Assembly (NCBI GenBank): GCA_043814605.1
Contig: JBDRJV010000007.1
Span: 195,354 to 259,353, forward strand
From: Candidatus Omnitrophota bacterium
GTDB taxonomy: Bacteria; Omnitrophota; Gorgyraeia; B26-G9
Reading direction: 5' to 3'
DNA length: 64,000 bases
Shown here: piece by piece, positions 30,056 to 40,282 of the stretch
Layout: each line of letters starts with the position of its first letter
Numbering within the stretch: the stretch's first letter is position 1
The notes under the pieces: model-generated
Database searches by the model: none
The model's input: only the letters and a program-made list of their open reading frames with translations
Told to the model about the DNA's origin: nothing
Program-made: the position numbers and the translations under genes

Positions 30056-30784
30056 ATGGAAGATCATTTACTGCGCACGGAATTACTTTCTAAATCATAT
30101 AAAAAAAAACAAATCGTAAAGCAGGTGAGTATTTCAATTAGAAAAGCTGAGGTTGTCGGGTTACTCGGTCCGAACGGTGCCGGGAAAACCACCACCTTTT
30201 ATATGGTTGTGGGATTAATTAGTCCGGATAACGGAAAAATTTTTTTTGATAATCGGGAAATTACGCATATGCCCATGTTTAAAAGGGCTCGCTGCGGAAT
30301 TGGATATCTTTCCCAGGAGCCGTCAATTTTTCGAAAATTAACAGTGGAAGAGAATATCATTGCGGTACTGGAGACTTTACCGTTAACAAAGCCAGAAAGA
30401 AAAAAACGTTTAGATGAATTGCTGGAAGAGTTGAGAATGACTCATTTAGCTAAAAGTAAAGCTTATATGCTCTCTGGCGGAGAACGCCGGCGTTTGGAAA
30501 TAACCCGCTGTTTAGTGACTAATCCCTCTTTTATTTTACTGGATGAGCCATTCTCCGGGGTAGATCCGATCGCGGTATTTGAAGTACAACAGATTATTTC
30601 AAATTTAAAGAAAAAAGGCCTGGGAATTTTGCTCACTGACCATAATGTGCGAGAAACATTGAGCATAACAGACCGCAGCTATATAATGGCGGAAGGAAAA
30701 ATTTTTATTTCCGGAACTGCCCAAGAACTTATTAATAATCCGGAAGCAAAAAAAATCTATTTAGGGGAACGTTTTGCCATGTAG
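30056..30784 (+). CDS. lptB: LPS export ABC transporter ATP-binding protein
   Basis: 242 aa; Walker A GPNGAGKTT, signature LSGGERRRLEI, Walker B ILLDEP; ~241-aa length and position after kdsC match LptB. Confidence 0.85.
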   Translation: MEDHLLRTELLSKSYKKKQIVKQVSISIRKAEVVGLLGPNGAGKTTTFYMVVGLISPDNGKIFFDNREITHMPMFKRARCGIGYLSQEPSIFRKLTVEENIIAVLETLPLTKPERKKRLDELLEELRMTHLAKSKAYMLSGGERRRLEITRCLVTNPSFILLDEPFSGVDPIAVFEVQQIISNLKKKGLGILLTDHNVRETLSITDRSYIMAEGKIFISGTAQELINNPEAKKIYLGERFAM

Positions 30785-30853
30785 TAGTTTCTTGACGCTG
30801 ATTAAAAATAATGATAATATACAGCGAGATTATACACAAAAAGGAGGAAAATA

Positions 30854-31213
30854 GTGGAAGTGAGAATCAGTGGCCGGCATTTTGAAATCACAAACGCTTT
30901 AAAAGTTTATTCCTATAAAAAAGCAGAAAGTTTTAATAAATATTTGAATAACATCATTGATGTCCATATTATTTTAAGCGTGGAGAAATTCCGGCAATGT
31001 GCGGAAATTTCGGTTTTAGCAAAAAAACTGAAAATTACAGAAAAAAGCATTGAAACAGACATGTATGCTGCCATTGACAAGGTCTGTTCACGCATTGAAA
31101 AAACTCTGCGGCGTCATAAAGATAAAATAAAAAGTCACAGAAAAAAAGATAATAAAAACAAAAATTTAGAAGGAACCTCAGTTGAGTTTAATGAAGAGGG
31201 AGGAAGCGAATGA
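30854..31213 (+). CDS. hpf: Ribosome hibernation promoting factor (HPF/RaiA family)
   Basis: 119 aa; GTG start with RBS AAGGAGG 6 nt upstream; …VRISGRHFEITNALKVY…; basic C-terminal tail. Confidence 0.85.
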   Translation: MEVRISGRHFEITNALKVYSYKKAESFNKYLNNIIDVHIILSVEKFRQCAEISVLAKKLKITEKSIETDMYAAIDKVCSRIEKTLRRHKDKIKSHRKKDNKNKNLEGTSVEFNEEGGSE

Positions 31214-31671
31214 AAATAATGGATTTTTTAAAAGAAAAGGCAATAACTGCAAATCTGAAAGCAACCACAAAGGAAGAAGTGATCGAAGAACTTGTCGAAC
31301 TATTATCCTGTGCCCAACCGATTAAGCATAAAGAAAAATTAGTGAAGATTCTTTTAGAACGTGAAGCCTTAGGTTCCACTGGTATTGGACAAGGGGTGGC
31401 GATCCCGCACGGAAAAAGTGATAATATGAAGGAATTAATTGCCGCATTCGGAATATCTCAAAGAGGGGTTGATTTTAATTCACTAGACGGTGAACCGGTT
31501 TATTTATTTTTTCTCCTGGTTGCGCCGGAAGATTCTGCGGGCCCGCACCTAAAAGCTTTGGCCCGAATATCCAGAATCCTAAAAGATAAATATTTTCGGG
31601 AAACTTTACGAGGTTCTCCGGATGAAAAAGCAATTTTAAAAGTTATCAAGCAGGAAGACACAAGTAAATAA
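31210..31671 (+). CDS. ptsN: PTS IIA-like nitrogen regulatory protein (EIIA-Ntr)
   Basis: 153 aa; PTS EIIA type-2 fold with the phosphorylatable His in GVAIPHGK. Confidence 0.8.
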   Translation: MKIMDFLKEKAITANLKATTKEEVIEELVELLSCAQPIKHKEKLVKILLEREALGSTGIGQGVAIPHGKSDNMKELIAAFGISQRGVDFNSLDGEPVYLFFLLVAPEDSAGPHLKALARISRILKDKYFRETLRGSPDEKAILKVIKQEDTSK

Positions 31672-31676
31672 AAATT

Positions 31677-32927
31677 ATGCGTATTTTAAAATGGCTTTAT
31701 CCAGGAATGAAAGTTAAGCGCTGGATTTTTTTAAGTGCTTTGGGAATAATTTTTGTTGTTTTAGGTACAATAGAAAGTGTTGCAGAAATAAAAAATAAAG
31801 GAATTTCTGCGCTAGGATTATTATTATTATTGCTCGGAATTATTCTAATCTTTACCGGTATTAAGAAAATGGTTAAATCCTTTATTGCAATTTTTATGCC
31901 GGGGCACAGAGAAAAGGAATTAGTTGATATTGTTTATAAAAAAAGACAATTAAGCCGCGGGCCGAAAATTGTGGTTATTGGAGGCGGCACGGGGTTATCC
32001 GTTCTTTTACACGGGCTAAAAGAATATACATCAAATTTAACCGCGATTGTGACCGTGACTGATGACGGGGGAAGTTCTGGGCGCTTACGGGAACAGTTTA
32101 ATATTTTACCCCCCGGAGATATTCGTAACTGTTTAGTGGCTTTAGCGGATGCTGAACCTTTAATGGGAGAGTTGTTTCAATTTCGTTTTCCCGCGGGAAC
32201 AGAGTTAGCCGGGCACAATTTTGGTAATTTATTCATTACGGTAATGACAAAATTAGTTGGCGATTTTGATAAGGCGATCAAAGAGTCCAGTAAGGTTTTG
32301 GCAATTAGCGGACAAGTAATCCCCTCCACTTTAAAAACCGTAAGTTTAGTGGCTGAACATTTAGACGGAAATAAAACCTATGGGGAGACGAGTATTTCAA
32401 AAAGTATGAGTCCGATCAATAAAGTGCAGCTTATCCCGGATAATTGTATGCCGACAGATAGCGCACTGGAAGCAATTGCTAATGCCGAAGCAATAGTTTT
32501 AGGCCCGGGGAGTTTGTATACTAGTGTGTTACCAAATTTAATAATTAATAAAATTCCCGAAGCGATTGAAACATCGCCTGCAGTTAAAATTTATATCTGT
32601 AATGTGATGACCCAATCCGGGGAAACAGACGGATTTTCGGCTTATGAGCATATTAAGGCAATTCAAAAGCATACGCAAAATAATATCATTGATTATTGTA
32701 TTGTAAATACCGGCCGAGTACCGGATAAATTTTTAGAAAAATACCGGAAACAAAATTCTGTACCGGTAAATCCGGATATTCAGAAAATCCGCGATGCCGG
32801 AATAACCGTCTTAGCTGATAATGTAATTAGCACACAGGATTATGTGCGGCATAATTCTAAAAGGATTGCTAAAAAAATTATTGATTTACTGCTGGAATTA
32901 AAATATCAAGGATCTGTTTTTGTTTAA
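31677..32927 (+). CDS. YvcK/UPF0052 (CofD-like) family protein, gluconeogenesis factor-like
   Basis: 416 aa; conserved VVIGGGTGLSVLLHGLK…TVTDDGGSSGRLR core. It has an extra N-terminal TM segment. Confidence 0.8.
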   Translation: MRILKWLYPGMKVKRWIFLSALGIIFVVLGTIESVAEIKNKGISALGLLLLLLGIILIFTGIKKMVKSFIAIFMPGHREKELVDIVYKKRQLSRGPKIVVIGGGTGLSVLLHGLKEYTSNLTAIVTVTDDGGSSGRLREQFNILPPGDIRNCLVALADAEPLMGELFQFRFPAGTELAGHNFGNLFITVMTKLVGDFDKAIKESSKVLAISGQVIPSTLKTVSLVAEHLDGNKTYGETSISKSMSPINKVQLIPDNCMPTDSALEAIANAEAIVLGPGSLYTSVLPNLIINKIPEAIETSPAVKIYICNVMTQSGETDGFSAYEHIKAIQKHTQNNIIDYCIVNTGRVPDKFLEKYRKQNSVPVNPDIQKIRDAGITVLADNVISTQDYVRHNSKRIAKKIIDLLLELKYQGSVFV

Positions 32928-32930
32928 CTT

Positions 32931-33212
32931 ATGGATAATGCTCAACATATAGTAAAAAAGAAAGTTGTGATAAAAAATAAAACCGGTTTGCATGCTCGGC
33001 CGGCAGCCCTTTTTGTGCAGATTGCGAATAAATTTGACAGTGAGATAACTGTTAAAAAAGGCAGGGAACAAGTTAACGGAAAATCAATAATGGGAATTCT
33101 CATGCTTGCCGCCGGGCAAGGCCAGGAAGTTTTAATTATCGCCGAAGGTCCGGATGCGCAAAATGCAGTGGAGGCATTAGAAAAAATATTATTAACTGAT
33201 GAAAATAAATAA
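32931..33212 (+). CDS. ptsH: Phosphocarrier protein HPr (or NPr)
   Basis: 93 aa; active-site GLHARPAA with the phosphorylatable His. Confidence 0.9.
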   Translation: MDNAQHIVKKKVVIKNKTGLHARPAALFVQIANKFDSEITVKKGREQVNGKSIMGILMLAAGQGQEVLIIAEGPDAQNAVEALEKILLTDENK

Positions 33213-34968
33213 AACTGATAATCATAACGAAAGAAAAATGCTCAAAGGTATTGCGGTATCTCCCGGGATTGCCATCGGGCGGGTTTTTGTCTGGGACAGC
33301 GAGGAATACACAATTAGTAAACACCTTATTCCTGAGAACAGTATTCCGCTTGAAATTACCCGTTTTGAAGAAGCTTTGATAAAAACAAGGTCAGAAATAT
33401 TAGAGATTCAAAAAAAGATTTCTAAAGAAATGGGCTTTGAGCATGCCGAAATATTTAATGCGCATTTGTTAGTTTTAGAAGATCGCATGCTGATTGAGGA
33501 AGTGATCAATAAGATCAAAAAAGAAAAGAATAACGTTGAACATGTATTTGTTACTATTTTAAAAAAATATGCGGATATTTTTTCTAAAATGGATGATGAA
33601 TACCTGCGCGAACGGCTGATTGATATTCAGGATGTGGGAAAAAGAATTATCCGAAACCTCCTAGGTAAGCAGAGACAGGGGCTAAAGGATTTAAAAGAAA
33701 AAGTAATTGTTGTCGCGACAAATCTTTCGCCTTCGGATACAGCCTTAATGCATAAAGATAAAGTCATTGCTTTTGCTACAGATATGGGCGGCAGAACTTC
33801 TCATACCGCAATTCTTGCGCGTTCTCTAGAAATTCCTGGTGTTGTCGGGTTAAAAACTCTAACCCCCTCTGTAAAAAATGGCGATATTATCATTATTGAT
33901 GGGAATAATGGCGTAGTTTTAATTAATCCAGTAAAAACAATAATTAAGAAATATCAGAGAGAGAAAAAGAAATTTCTTGATTTTGAAAAAGGATTATCGC
34001 GTTTAAAAACATTGCCCGCGATTACCCAAGATGGACACAGTGTTGTGATCGGGGCGAATATTGAATTTCCCGAGGAAATGGATTCAGTTATTGCGCATGG
34101 ATCACAAGGCATCGGATTATATCGTACGGAATATATGTATTTAAACCGGACAGATTTACCAACGGAAGAAGAACATTTTCAAGCCTATAAAAAAGTAGCT
34201 CAATCTATGAAAAAAAATCCCGTCGTCATTAGAACCATGGATATCGGGGGTGATAAATTTGTTTCACATTTAGATATTCCGTATGAGATGAATCCCCTGA
34301 TGGGACACCGGGCAATTCGATTTTGTTTAGCCCAGCCGGAAATATTTAAAGTACAGCTGCGGGGAATTTTAAGAGCGAGTATTTTTGGCAACCTAAAAAT
34401 AATGTACCCGATGATTTCTGGTTTAAATGAGCTCAGACAGGCTAACGCAATTTTAAAAGAGGTTAAACAAGAATTAAAAAAGAAACATATCCAGTTTGAT
34501 AACGATATTGAGGTTGGCATAATGATTGAAGTGCCATCGGCAGCATTAATTGCGGATATTTTGGCAAAAGAAGTTGCTTTCTTTAGTATCGGCACTAACG
34601 ATTTAATACAATATTCTCTGGCCGTAGACCGGATCAATGAAAAAATTGCTTACCTATATGAACCAGCGCATCCGGCCGTATTACGCTTAATTAAATCGAT
34701 AATTGATATTGGCCATAATGCCGGACTTTGGGTGGGGATGTGTGGTGAAATGGCTGCAGAACCGGTTTACACATTACTGCTTTTAGGCATGGGGCTGGAT
34801 GAATTTAGTGCCAGTGCAGTAGCTATCCCGGAAATAAAAAAAATTGTACGTTCCGTAACCATTGAACAAGCACGCCAAATAGCTGAACACGTTTTAGAAT
34901 TATCCGCTGCGGATGAAATTCTTGCATATGCCAATTTAAAATTGAAGGAATTAATACTGCAAAAATGA
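33199..34968 (+). CDS. ptsI: Phosphoenolpyruvate-protein phosphotransferase (PTS Enzyme I)
   Basis: 589 aa; phospho-His region GGRTSHTAILARSLEIPGVVG and a PEP-utilising C-terminal TIM barrel. An alternative start at ATG 33238 (MLKGIAVSPGIA) is possible. Confidence 0.9.
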   Translation: MKINKTDNHNERKMLKGIAVSPGIAIGRVFVWDSEEYTISKHLIPENSIPLEITRFEEALIKTRSEILEIQKKISKEMGFEHAEIFNAHLLVLEDRMLIEEVINKIKKEKNNVEHVFVTILKKYADIFSKMDDEYLRERLIDIQDVGKRIIRNLLGKQRQGLKDLKEKVIVVATNLSPSDTALMHKDKVIAFATDMGGRTSHTAILARSLEIPGVVGLKTLTPSVKNGDIIIIDGNNGVVLINPVKTIIKKYQREKKKFLDFEKGLSRLKTLPAITQDGHSVVIGANIEFPEEMDSVIAHGSQGIGLYRTEYMYLNRTDLPTEEEHFQAYKKVAQSMKKNPVVIRTMDIGGDKFVSHLDIPYEMNPLMGHRAIRFCLAQPEIFKVQLRGILRASIFGNLKIMYPMISGLNELRQANAILKEVKQELKKKHIQFDNDIEVGIMIEVPSAALIADILAKEVAFFSIGTNDLIQYSLAVDRINEKIAYLYEPAHPAVLRLIKSIIDIGHNAGLWVGMCGEMAAEPVYTLLLLGMGLDEFSASAVAIPEIKKIVRSVTIEQARQIAEHVLELSAADEILAYANLKLKELILQK

Positions 34969-35705
34969 AAGTTTTAATATTGGCCGCAGGTTATGCCACA
35001 AGAATGTATCCATTAACAAAACACTGGCCAAAACCTTTATTACTGGTTAAAGAAAAACCGATAATTTCTCATATTGTCGATAATATAAAGTGTTTAAAAG
35101 GATTGAATGAAATCATTGTTATCTCTAATGATAAATTTTATCAACATTTTGTGGATTGGGCCAAACAAATTAATATAAATACTAAAATTAGCATATTAAA
35201 TGATCTTTCTACTTCAGAAGATAATCGTTTAGGGGCAATTGGGGATATTTATTTTGCTCTGGAAAACTGCGTAATCAATGATGATTTATTAATTATTGGC
35301 GGGGATAATCTTTTTTCTTTTGACCTGAAAGATTTTGTAAAATTTTCACAAGAAAAAAAAGACGGATGTTCTATTGGTTTGTATGATATTAAGGATTATA
35401 GCATGGTGAAAAATTACGGGGTGGTAACAATTAATCCCTTAAGCAAAGTGATTGATTTTAAGGAAAAACCGAGAAAAAGCGCTTCGACTCTAATTTCAAT
35501 GTGTATTTATTATTTTTCCCGCAAAAGTTTCAAATATATTAAGGAATACGTAATGCATAAAGATTCTTTGGATACTTCTGGCGATTATATAAAATGGCTT
35601 GCAAAAAAAAATATTGTTTGGGGTGTTGAATTAAAGGGCACTTGGTATGATATTGGAGATATTATTTCTTTTTACCATGCAAATATGACCTATAATATTA
35701 ATTAA
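34965..35705 (+). CDS. Sugar-phosphate nucleotidyltransferase (NTP_transferase family)
   Basis: 246 aa; N-terminal LAAGYATRMYPLTKHWPKPLL motif. Confidence 0.7.
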   Translation: MKVLILAAGYATRMYPLTKHWPKPLLLVKEKPIISHIVDNIKCLKGLNEIIVISNDKFYQHFVDWAKQININTKISILNDLSTSEDNRLGAIGDIYFALENCVINDDLLIIGGDNLFSFDLKDFVKFSQEKKDGCSIGLYDIKDYSMVKNYGVVTINPLSKVIDFKEKPRKSASTLISMCIYYFSRKSFKYIKEYVMHKDSLDTSGDYIKWLAKKNIVWGVELKGTWYDIGDIISFYHANMTYNIN

Positions 35706-35720
35706 GAAAGGAGTAAAAAA

Positions 35721-36878
35721 ATGAGTAAAACATATCTTTTAACGTCAGAATCTGTAGCTTGCGGCCATCCGGATAAACTTTGCGATCAGGTTTCTGATGC
35801 GGTATTAGACGAACTGATAAGACAAGATCGTTTAAGCCGCGTGGCTTGTGAAACATTTGTAACTATGGGGCTGATTATTGTCGGAGGGGAAATTACGACA
35901 AAAGCCTATATTGACGTACATGAAATTGTCAGAAAAGTAGTGCGTGAAATCGGATACATTCATCCTAAATATGGATTTGATTATAAAACCTGTGCAATTT
36001 TAAATGCAATTCATAGTCAATCACCAGATATTGCTCAAGGCGTAGATACCGGCGGAGCCGGTGACCAGGGGATGATGACAGGCTATGCCTGTCGTGAAAC
36101 GAAAGAGCTAATGCCTTTATCTTTGATGTTATCTCATAAACTTTGCCAGCGCATGAAAATGGTACGAGATAAAAAGATTCTTGATTATTTAGGGCCGGAT
36201 GGCAAGGCTCAGGTTACTGTGCTTTTTGAAAATAGCCAACCGAAAAAAGTAACATCCGTGGTTTTAGCTTGCCAGCATACAGAAAGTATTTTAGATAAAA
36301 GCGGAAAACATATTACGAATAAATCCCGGCAGGAAATAATCGATATTATTGGTAAACCAGTTTTAGGTAAATGGATTGATAAAACTACTAAATTTTATGT
36401 GAATCAAACCGGAAAGTTTGTTGTCGGCGGTCCGCAATCAGATGCAGGAGTAACTGGCCGTAAAATTGTCGTGGATACTTATGGCGGAGTTGTTCCTGTC
36501 GGAGGCGGTGCTTTTTCCGGTAAAGACCCCACTAAGGTTGATCGTTCCGCAGCTTATATGGGACGTTATATTGCAAAAAATATAGTTGCCTCCGGAATCG
36601 CGGATAAATGTTATATAGAAATGGCTTACTGTATTGGAAAAAGTGAACCAGTTTCTGTTTTAGTGGAAACATATGGTACCGCTAAGATTTCTGATGAAAA
36701 GATAATAAAATTAATAAGAGGAAATTTTGACTTAAAGCCACGCGGTATTATTAAGACGCTGAATTTATTAAGGCCGATTTATCAAATGACCGCTGCACAC
36801 GGGCATTTTGGCCGAGATGAAAAAGAATTTACTTGGGAAAAGACTGATAAGTCAGCTATTTTAAAAAAACAAGCTTAA
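35721..36878 (+). CDS. metK: S-adenosylmethionine synthetase
   Basis: 385 aa; SESVACGHPDKLCDQVSDAVLD, GAGDQGMM and GGGAFSGKDPTKVDRSAAY signatures. Confidence 0.95.
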   Translation: MSKTYLLTSESVACGHPDKLCDQVSDAVLDELIRQDRLSRVACETFVTMGLIIVGGEITTKAYIDVHEIVRKVVREIGYIHPKYGFDYKTCAILNAIHSQSPDIAQGVDTGGAGDQGMMTGYACRETKELMPLSLMLSHKLCQRMKMVRDKKILDYLGPDGKAQVTVLFENSQPKKVTSVVLACQHTESILDKSGKHITNKSRQEIIDIIGKPVLGKWIDKTTKFYVNQTGKFVVGGPQSDAGVTGRKIVVDTYGGVVPVGGGAFSGKDPTKVDRSAAYMGRYIAKNIVASGIADKCYIEMAYCIGKSEPVSVLVETYGTAKISDEKIIKLIRGNFDLKPRGIIKTLNLLRPIYQMTAAHGHFGRDEKEFTWEKTDKSAILKKQA

Positions 36879-36906
36879 TTAAAATTAGCAGTTTGAGGAG
36901 TAAGTT

Positions 36907-38322
36907 ATGCACGCAATAAACGATAAATATAAAGTTAAAGATATTAATTTAGCTGATTTTGGGAGAAAAGAAATTGAAATTGCAGAGAAAGAAATGCCCG
37001 GTTTAATGGCAATTCGTAAAAAATATTCCCAAACAAAACCACTAACTAATGTGCGGATTATGGGTTCATTACATATGACTATTCAAACCGCGGTTTTAAT
37101 TGAAACTTTAGTGGCATTAGGAGCACAAGTGAGATGGGCAAGTTGTAACATATTCTCAACACAGGATCATGCCGCAGCCGCTATTGCCGCGCGAGGTATT
37201 CCGATTTTTGCCTGGAAAGGTGAGACTTTAGCCGAATATTGGTGGTGCACGGAACAGGCATTAACATTTGGGCCAGGATTGGGACCGCAATTAATTGTGG
37301 ATGATGGCGGAGATGCTACTTTAATGATTCATCTGGGGTTTGCGGCAGAAAAAAACTGCAGTGTTTTAGATAAAAAATCAGAGGGGGAAGATGAGGCAGA
37401 ATTGATAAAAAATCTAAAACAAGGGCGGCAAAAGAATCCGAATAAATGGTCAAAAATAGTGCAGGAATGGAAAGGTGTTTCTGAGGAAACAACAACGGGT
37501 GTACACCGGCTTTACCAAATGATGGCTAAAAAAGAGTTATTGGTACCAGCGATAAATGTTAACGATTCTGTGACTAAATCAAAGTTTGATAATTTATACG
37601 GCTGCCGAGAATCTTTAGCCGATGGAATAAAACGGGCTACGGATGTTATGTTTGCGGGAAAGGTTGCGGTAATTTGCGGTTATGGCGATGTCGGAAAGGG
37701 TTCTGCCCAGTCTTTAAGAGGAATCGGGGCACGGGTTTTAATTACAGAAATCGACCCGATTTGTGCTTTACAAGCCGCCATGGCCGGATATGAGGTTACC
37801 ACTGTTGAATCTACCCTTGGTATGGCCGATATTTATGTAACAACAACTGGTAACCGTGATGTAATTAGAATTGAACATATGCAGAAAATGAAGGATCAGG
37901 CGATAGTTTGTAATATCGGTCATTTTGATAATGAAATTGATGTCGCTGGCTTAGAAAAATTTTCCGGGATAAAGAAAATAAATATAAAACCGCAAGTTGA
38001 TAAATATATTTTTCCCGATGGACGAGCCATATTTATTTTAGCCCAAGGCAGGTTAGTTAATTTAGGTTGTGCCACGGGACATCCGTCTTTTGTCATGTCC
38101 AATTCATTCTGCAATCAAGTTTTGGCTCAAATAGAGTTATGGAAAAATAAGGATACCTACGAAAAAAAAGTTTATTGCTTATCAAAAAGCTTAGATGAGG
38201 AAGTAGCCAGACTGCATTTAGATAAAATTGGCGTTAGATTAACTAAATTGACTAAAGCCCAGGCAGATTATATTGGTGTACCGGTAGAAGGGCCGTATAA
38301 GCCAGAACATTATCGTTATTAG
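36907..38322 (+). CDS. ahcY: Adenosylhomocysteinase
   Basis: 471 aa; [27 protein letters not shown]-terminus and the NAD-binding GYGDVGKG motif. Confidence 0.95.
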   Translation: MHAINDKYKVKDINLADFGRKEIEIAEKEMPGLMAIRKKYSQTKPLTNVRIMGSLHMTIQTAVLIETLVALGAQVRWASCNIFSTQDHAAAAIAARGIPIFAWKGETLAEYWWCTEQALTFGPGLGPQLIVDDGGDATLMIHLGFAAEKNCSVLDKKSEGEDEAELIKNLKQGRQKNPNKWSKIVQEWKGVSEETTTGVHRLYQMMAKKELLVPAINVNDSVTKSKFDNLYGCRESLADGIKRATDVMFAGKVAVICGYGDVGKGSAQSLRGIGARVLITEIDPICALQAAMAGYEVTTVESTLGMADIYVTTTGNRDVIRIEHMQKMKDQAIVCNIGHFDNEIDVAGLEKFSGIKKINIKPQVDKYIFPDGRAIFILAQGRLVNLGCATGHPSFVMSNSFCNQVLAQIELWKNKDTYEKKVYCLSKSLDEEVARLHLDKIGVRLTKLTKAQADYIGVPVEGPYKPEHYRY

Positions 38323-38435
38323 TAGATCCCTGTTAAAGGCAAACTTGAAGCAGTAAACAGTAATATTCAAACAAAAAAATATATAATCAGTTGCGAAAAT
38401 GTAGATCATCAGTTTTAAAAAGAGGAAGGGGAAAA

Positions 38436-39443
38436 ATGGCCTTGTATAAAGAACTCGGTTTAACAAATACTAAAGAAATGTTTAAAAAAGCATTCGCAGG
38501 TAAGTATGCAGTACCCGCTTATAACTTTAATAATATGGAGCAAATTCAAGCGATTATTGTTGCTTGTGTGGAAACTCAATCTCCCGTAATTCTACAGGTA
38601 TCTAGCGGTGCTCGCAAATATGCAAATAAAATATTATTACGTTATATGGGGCAGGGAGCTGTCGCAATGATGCGTGATCTAGCCAGAGAAAAAAGATTAA
38701 AAGAAATCCCTATAGCTTTACATTTAGATCATGGTGATACTTTGGAATTATCTAAATCCTGTATTGATTCTGGATTTTCATCGGTAATGATTGACGGTTC
38801 ACATCATTCGTTTGAAGATAATATTAAATTAACACGCCAAGTGGTTGATTATGCACATCAGTTTGATGTCACAGTAGAAGGAGAATTAGGGGTTTTAGCG
38901 GGAATCGAGGATGAAGTGTCTGCAGAAAAATCCACTTACACACATCCAGAAGAAGTTATTGAATTCGTGGAGAAAACCGGGGTTGATTCATTGGCAATTT
39001 CTATTGGTACCTCCCACGGTGCAAATAAATTTAAACCCGAACAATGCACTAAAAATAAAGATGGGATATATATTCCTCCGGAATTAAGATTTGATATTTT
39101 AGAGGAAATTGAAAAGAAAATACCCGGGTTTCCGATTGTTTTACACGGATCATCCAGCGTACCTGTAGAAGCGGTGAATATGATTAATACTCATGGGGGG
39201 AAATTAAAGGACTCTGTAGGTATTCCGGAAGAACAGATCAGAAAGGCAACTAAATCCGCAGTGTGTAAGGTTAATATTGATTCTGATGGCCGGCTTTGGA
39301 TGACTGCGGCAATTCGAAAACATTTTAGTGATAAACCCGCGGATTTTGACCCGCGTCAATATTTAGGCCCTGCGCGGGAAGCGTTGATTGCCATGTACAA
39401 GCATAAAAATAAAAACGTCTTAGGCTCTGCAAATAGAGTTTAA
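38436..39443 (+). CDS. fba: Class II fructose-bisphosphate aldolase
   Basis: FBA class II TIM-barrel motifs (…IALHLDHGDT…GELGVLAGIED…ISIGTSHGA…). Start chosen at ATG 38436 with RBS AGAGGAAGGGG upstream, rather than the ORF-track start 38391. Confidence 0.9.
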   Translation: MALYKELGLTNTKEMFKKAFAGKYAVPAYNFNNMEQIQAIIVACVETQSPVILQVSSGARKYANKILLRYMGQGAVAMMRDLAREKRLKEIPIALHLDHGDTLELSKSCIDSGFSSVMIDGSHHSFEDNIKLTRQVVDYAHQFDVTVEGELGVLAGIEDEVSAEKSTYTHPEEVIEFVEKTGVDSLAISIGTSHGANKFKPEQCTKNKDGIYIPPELRFDILEEIEKKIPGFPIVLHGSSSVPVEAVNMINTHGGKLKDSVGIPEEQIRKATKSAVCKVNIDSDGRLWMTAAIRKHFSDKPADFDPRQYLGPAREALIAMYKHKNKNVLGSANRV

Positions 39444-39464
39444 ATATAGTTTATATAGCAAAAA

Positions 39465-39501
39465 AAAGCTTTGTTTTAATAAATAAAACAGAGCTTTTTT
39501 T
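39465..39501 (+). terminator. Rho-independent terminator
   Basis: AAAGCTTTGTTTTA-ATAAAT-AAAACAGAGCTTT hairpin (one mismatch) followed by TTTTTTTT. Confidence 0.55.
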
Positions 39502-39975
39502 TGTTTGGGAAAAAGGGGCTGTGCCGCCTGCGGCCAGCATACTGTGTAATGTTAAATGTTTAATGTGTAATGTAGCAAGTAGAGAGTAGAGAGAATTTCA
39601 GATGCTGCTTTTCTATTTGATGCTTTTTTTAGTCTATAGTCTTTTGTCTGTTGATCCCGCAATTGCGGGACCCCGAAGATATCCCAGGGAAGTTTCTTCA
39701 TTCGGGGCTGAGGACTAGTTTCGTCGCTTGGTTTCTAAAGGGGGGATAAAAACCAGGCTTGTCCATTTTTCATTGACTAACGGATGATAGAAGCGTATTA
39801 TTTATGTATTACAAAAATTCGGTTTTAATAGCTAATCTAATATCATGATATTACGCAGGAAATGCGAAATGTTTCCAGGCAAAAACTTGTTAGTTGAAGA
39901 GAAAAACAATAGGGAATTACTGAAAAATAGACTGAAAGTATATTAACTGTTATCTGCAAATAAATAAGGAGAAAT

Positions 39976-40191
39976 ATGAAAAAAATAATTAAACCCCTCC
40001 TGATTTTGGTAATTCTATTCTTGCTTGTTTATTCTGGTATGGCTCAAAAAGCTCATAAGGTAAAAGAAGTAAGAATGAGATTTAAACTTCAAGAAAAAGA
40101 AATATCTGAAAAAGAATATAATGAATTTATAAAAAATCATACATTTATTAATACACTCTTAGATCCAAAATCTGTTCTTAATGTTGACTAA
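39976..40191 (+). CDS. Small secreted hypothetical protein (71 aa)
   Basis: Strong RBS AAGGAG 7 nt upstream; N-terminal signal peptide MKKIIKPLLILVILFLLVYSGMAQ; lies in the accessory intergenic island. Confidence 0.5.
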   Translation: MKKIIKPLLILVILFLLVYSGMAQKAHKVKEVRMRFKLQEKEISEKEYNEFIKNHTFINTLLDPKSVLNVD

Positions 40192-40282
40192 AAAAACAGA
40201 TAACAAGTCAATCCACCTGACCTTCCTCGCGGCTTCGCCGCTTCGTAAGGCAGCTGATTTTTGTGTTATAAGGAGACAAAAA

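Noticed and set aside
805-38466. Numerous 60-170-aa antisense or embedded ORFs from the six-frame track (for example 805-1305, 1414-1725, 4032-4289, 8080-8433, 13284-13712, 15161-15598, 19665-19895, 28622-29023, 34200-34637)
   Set aside because: All lie within or antisense to long, well-supported protein-coding genes. They have no start context and their composition is typical of AT-rich antisense frames.
39510-39600. Short tandem-like motifs (TAATGT x3; GTAGAGA x2)
   Set aside because: Too short and irregular for a CRISPR array or a defined satellite. Likely low-complexity AT-rich spacer DNA.
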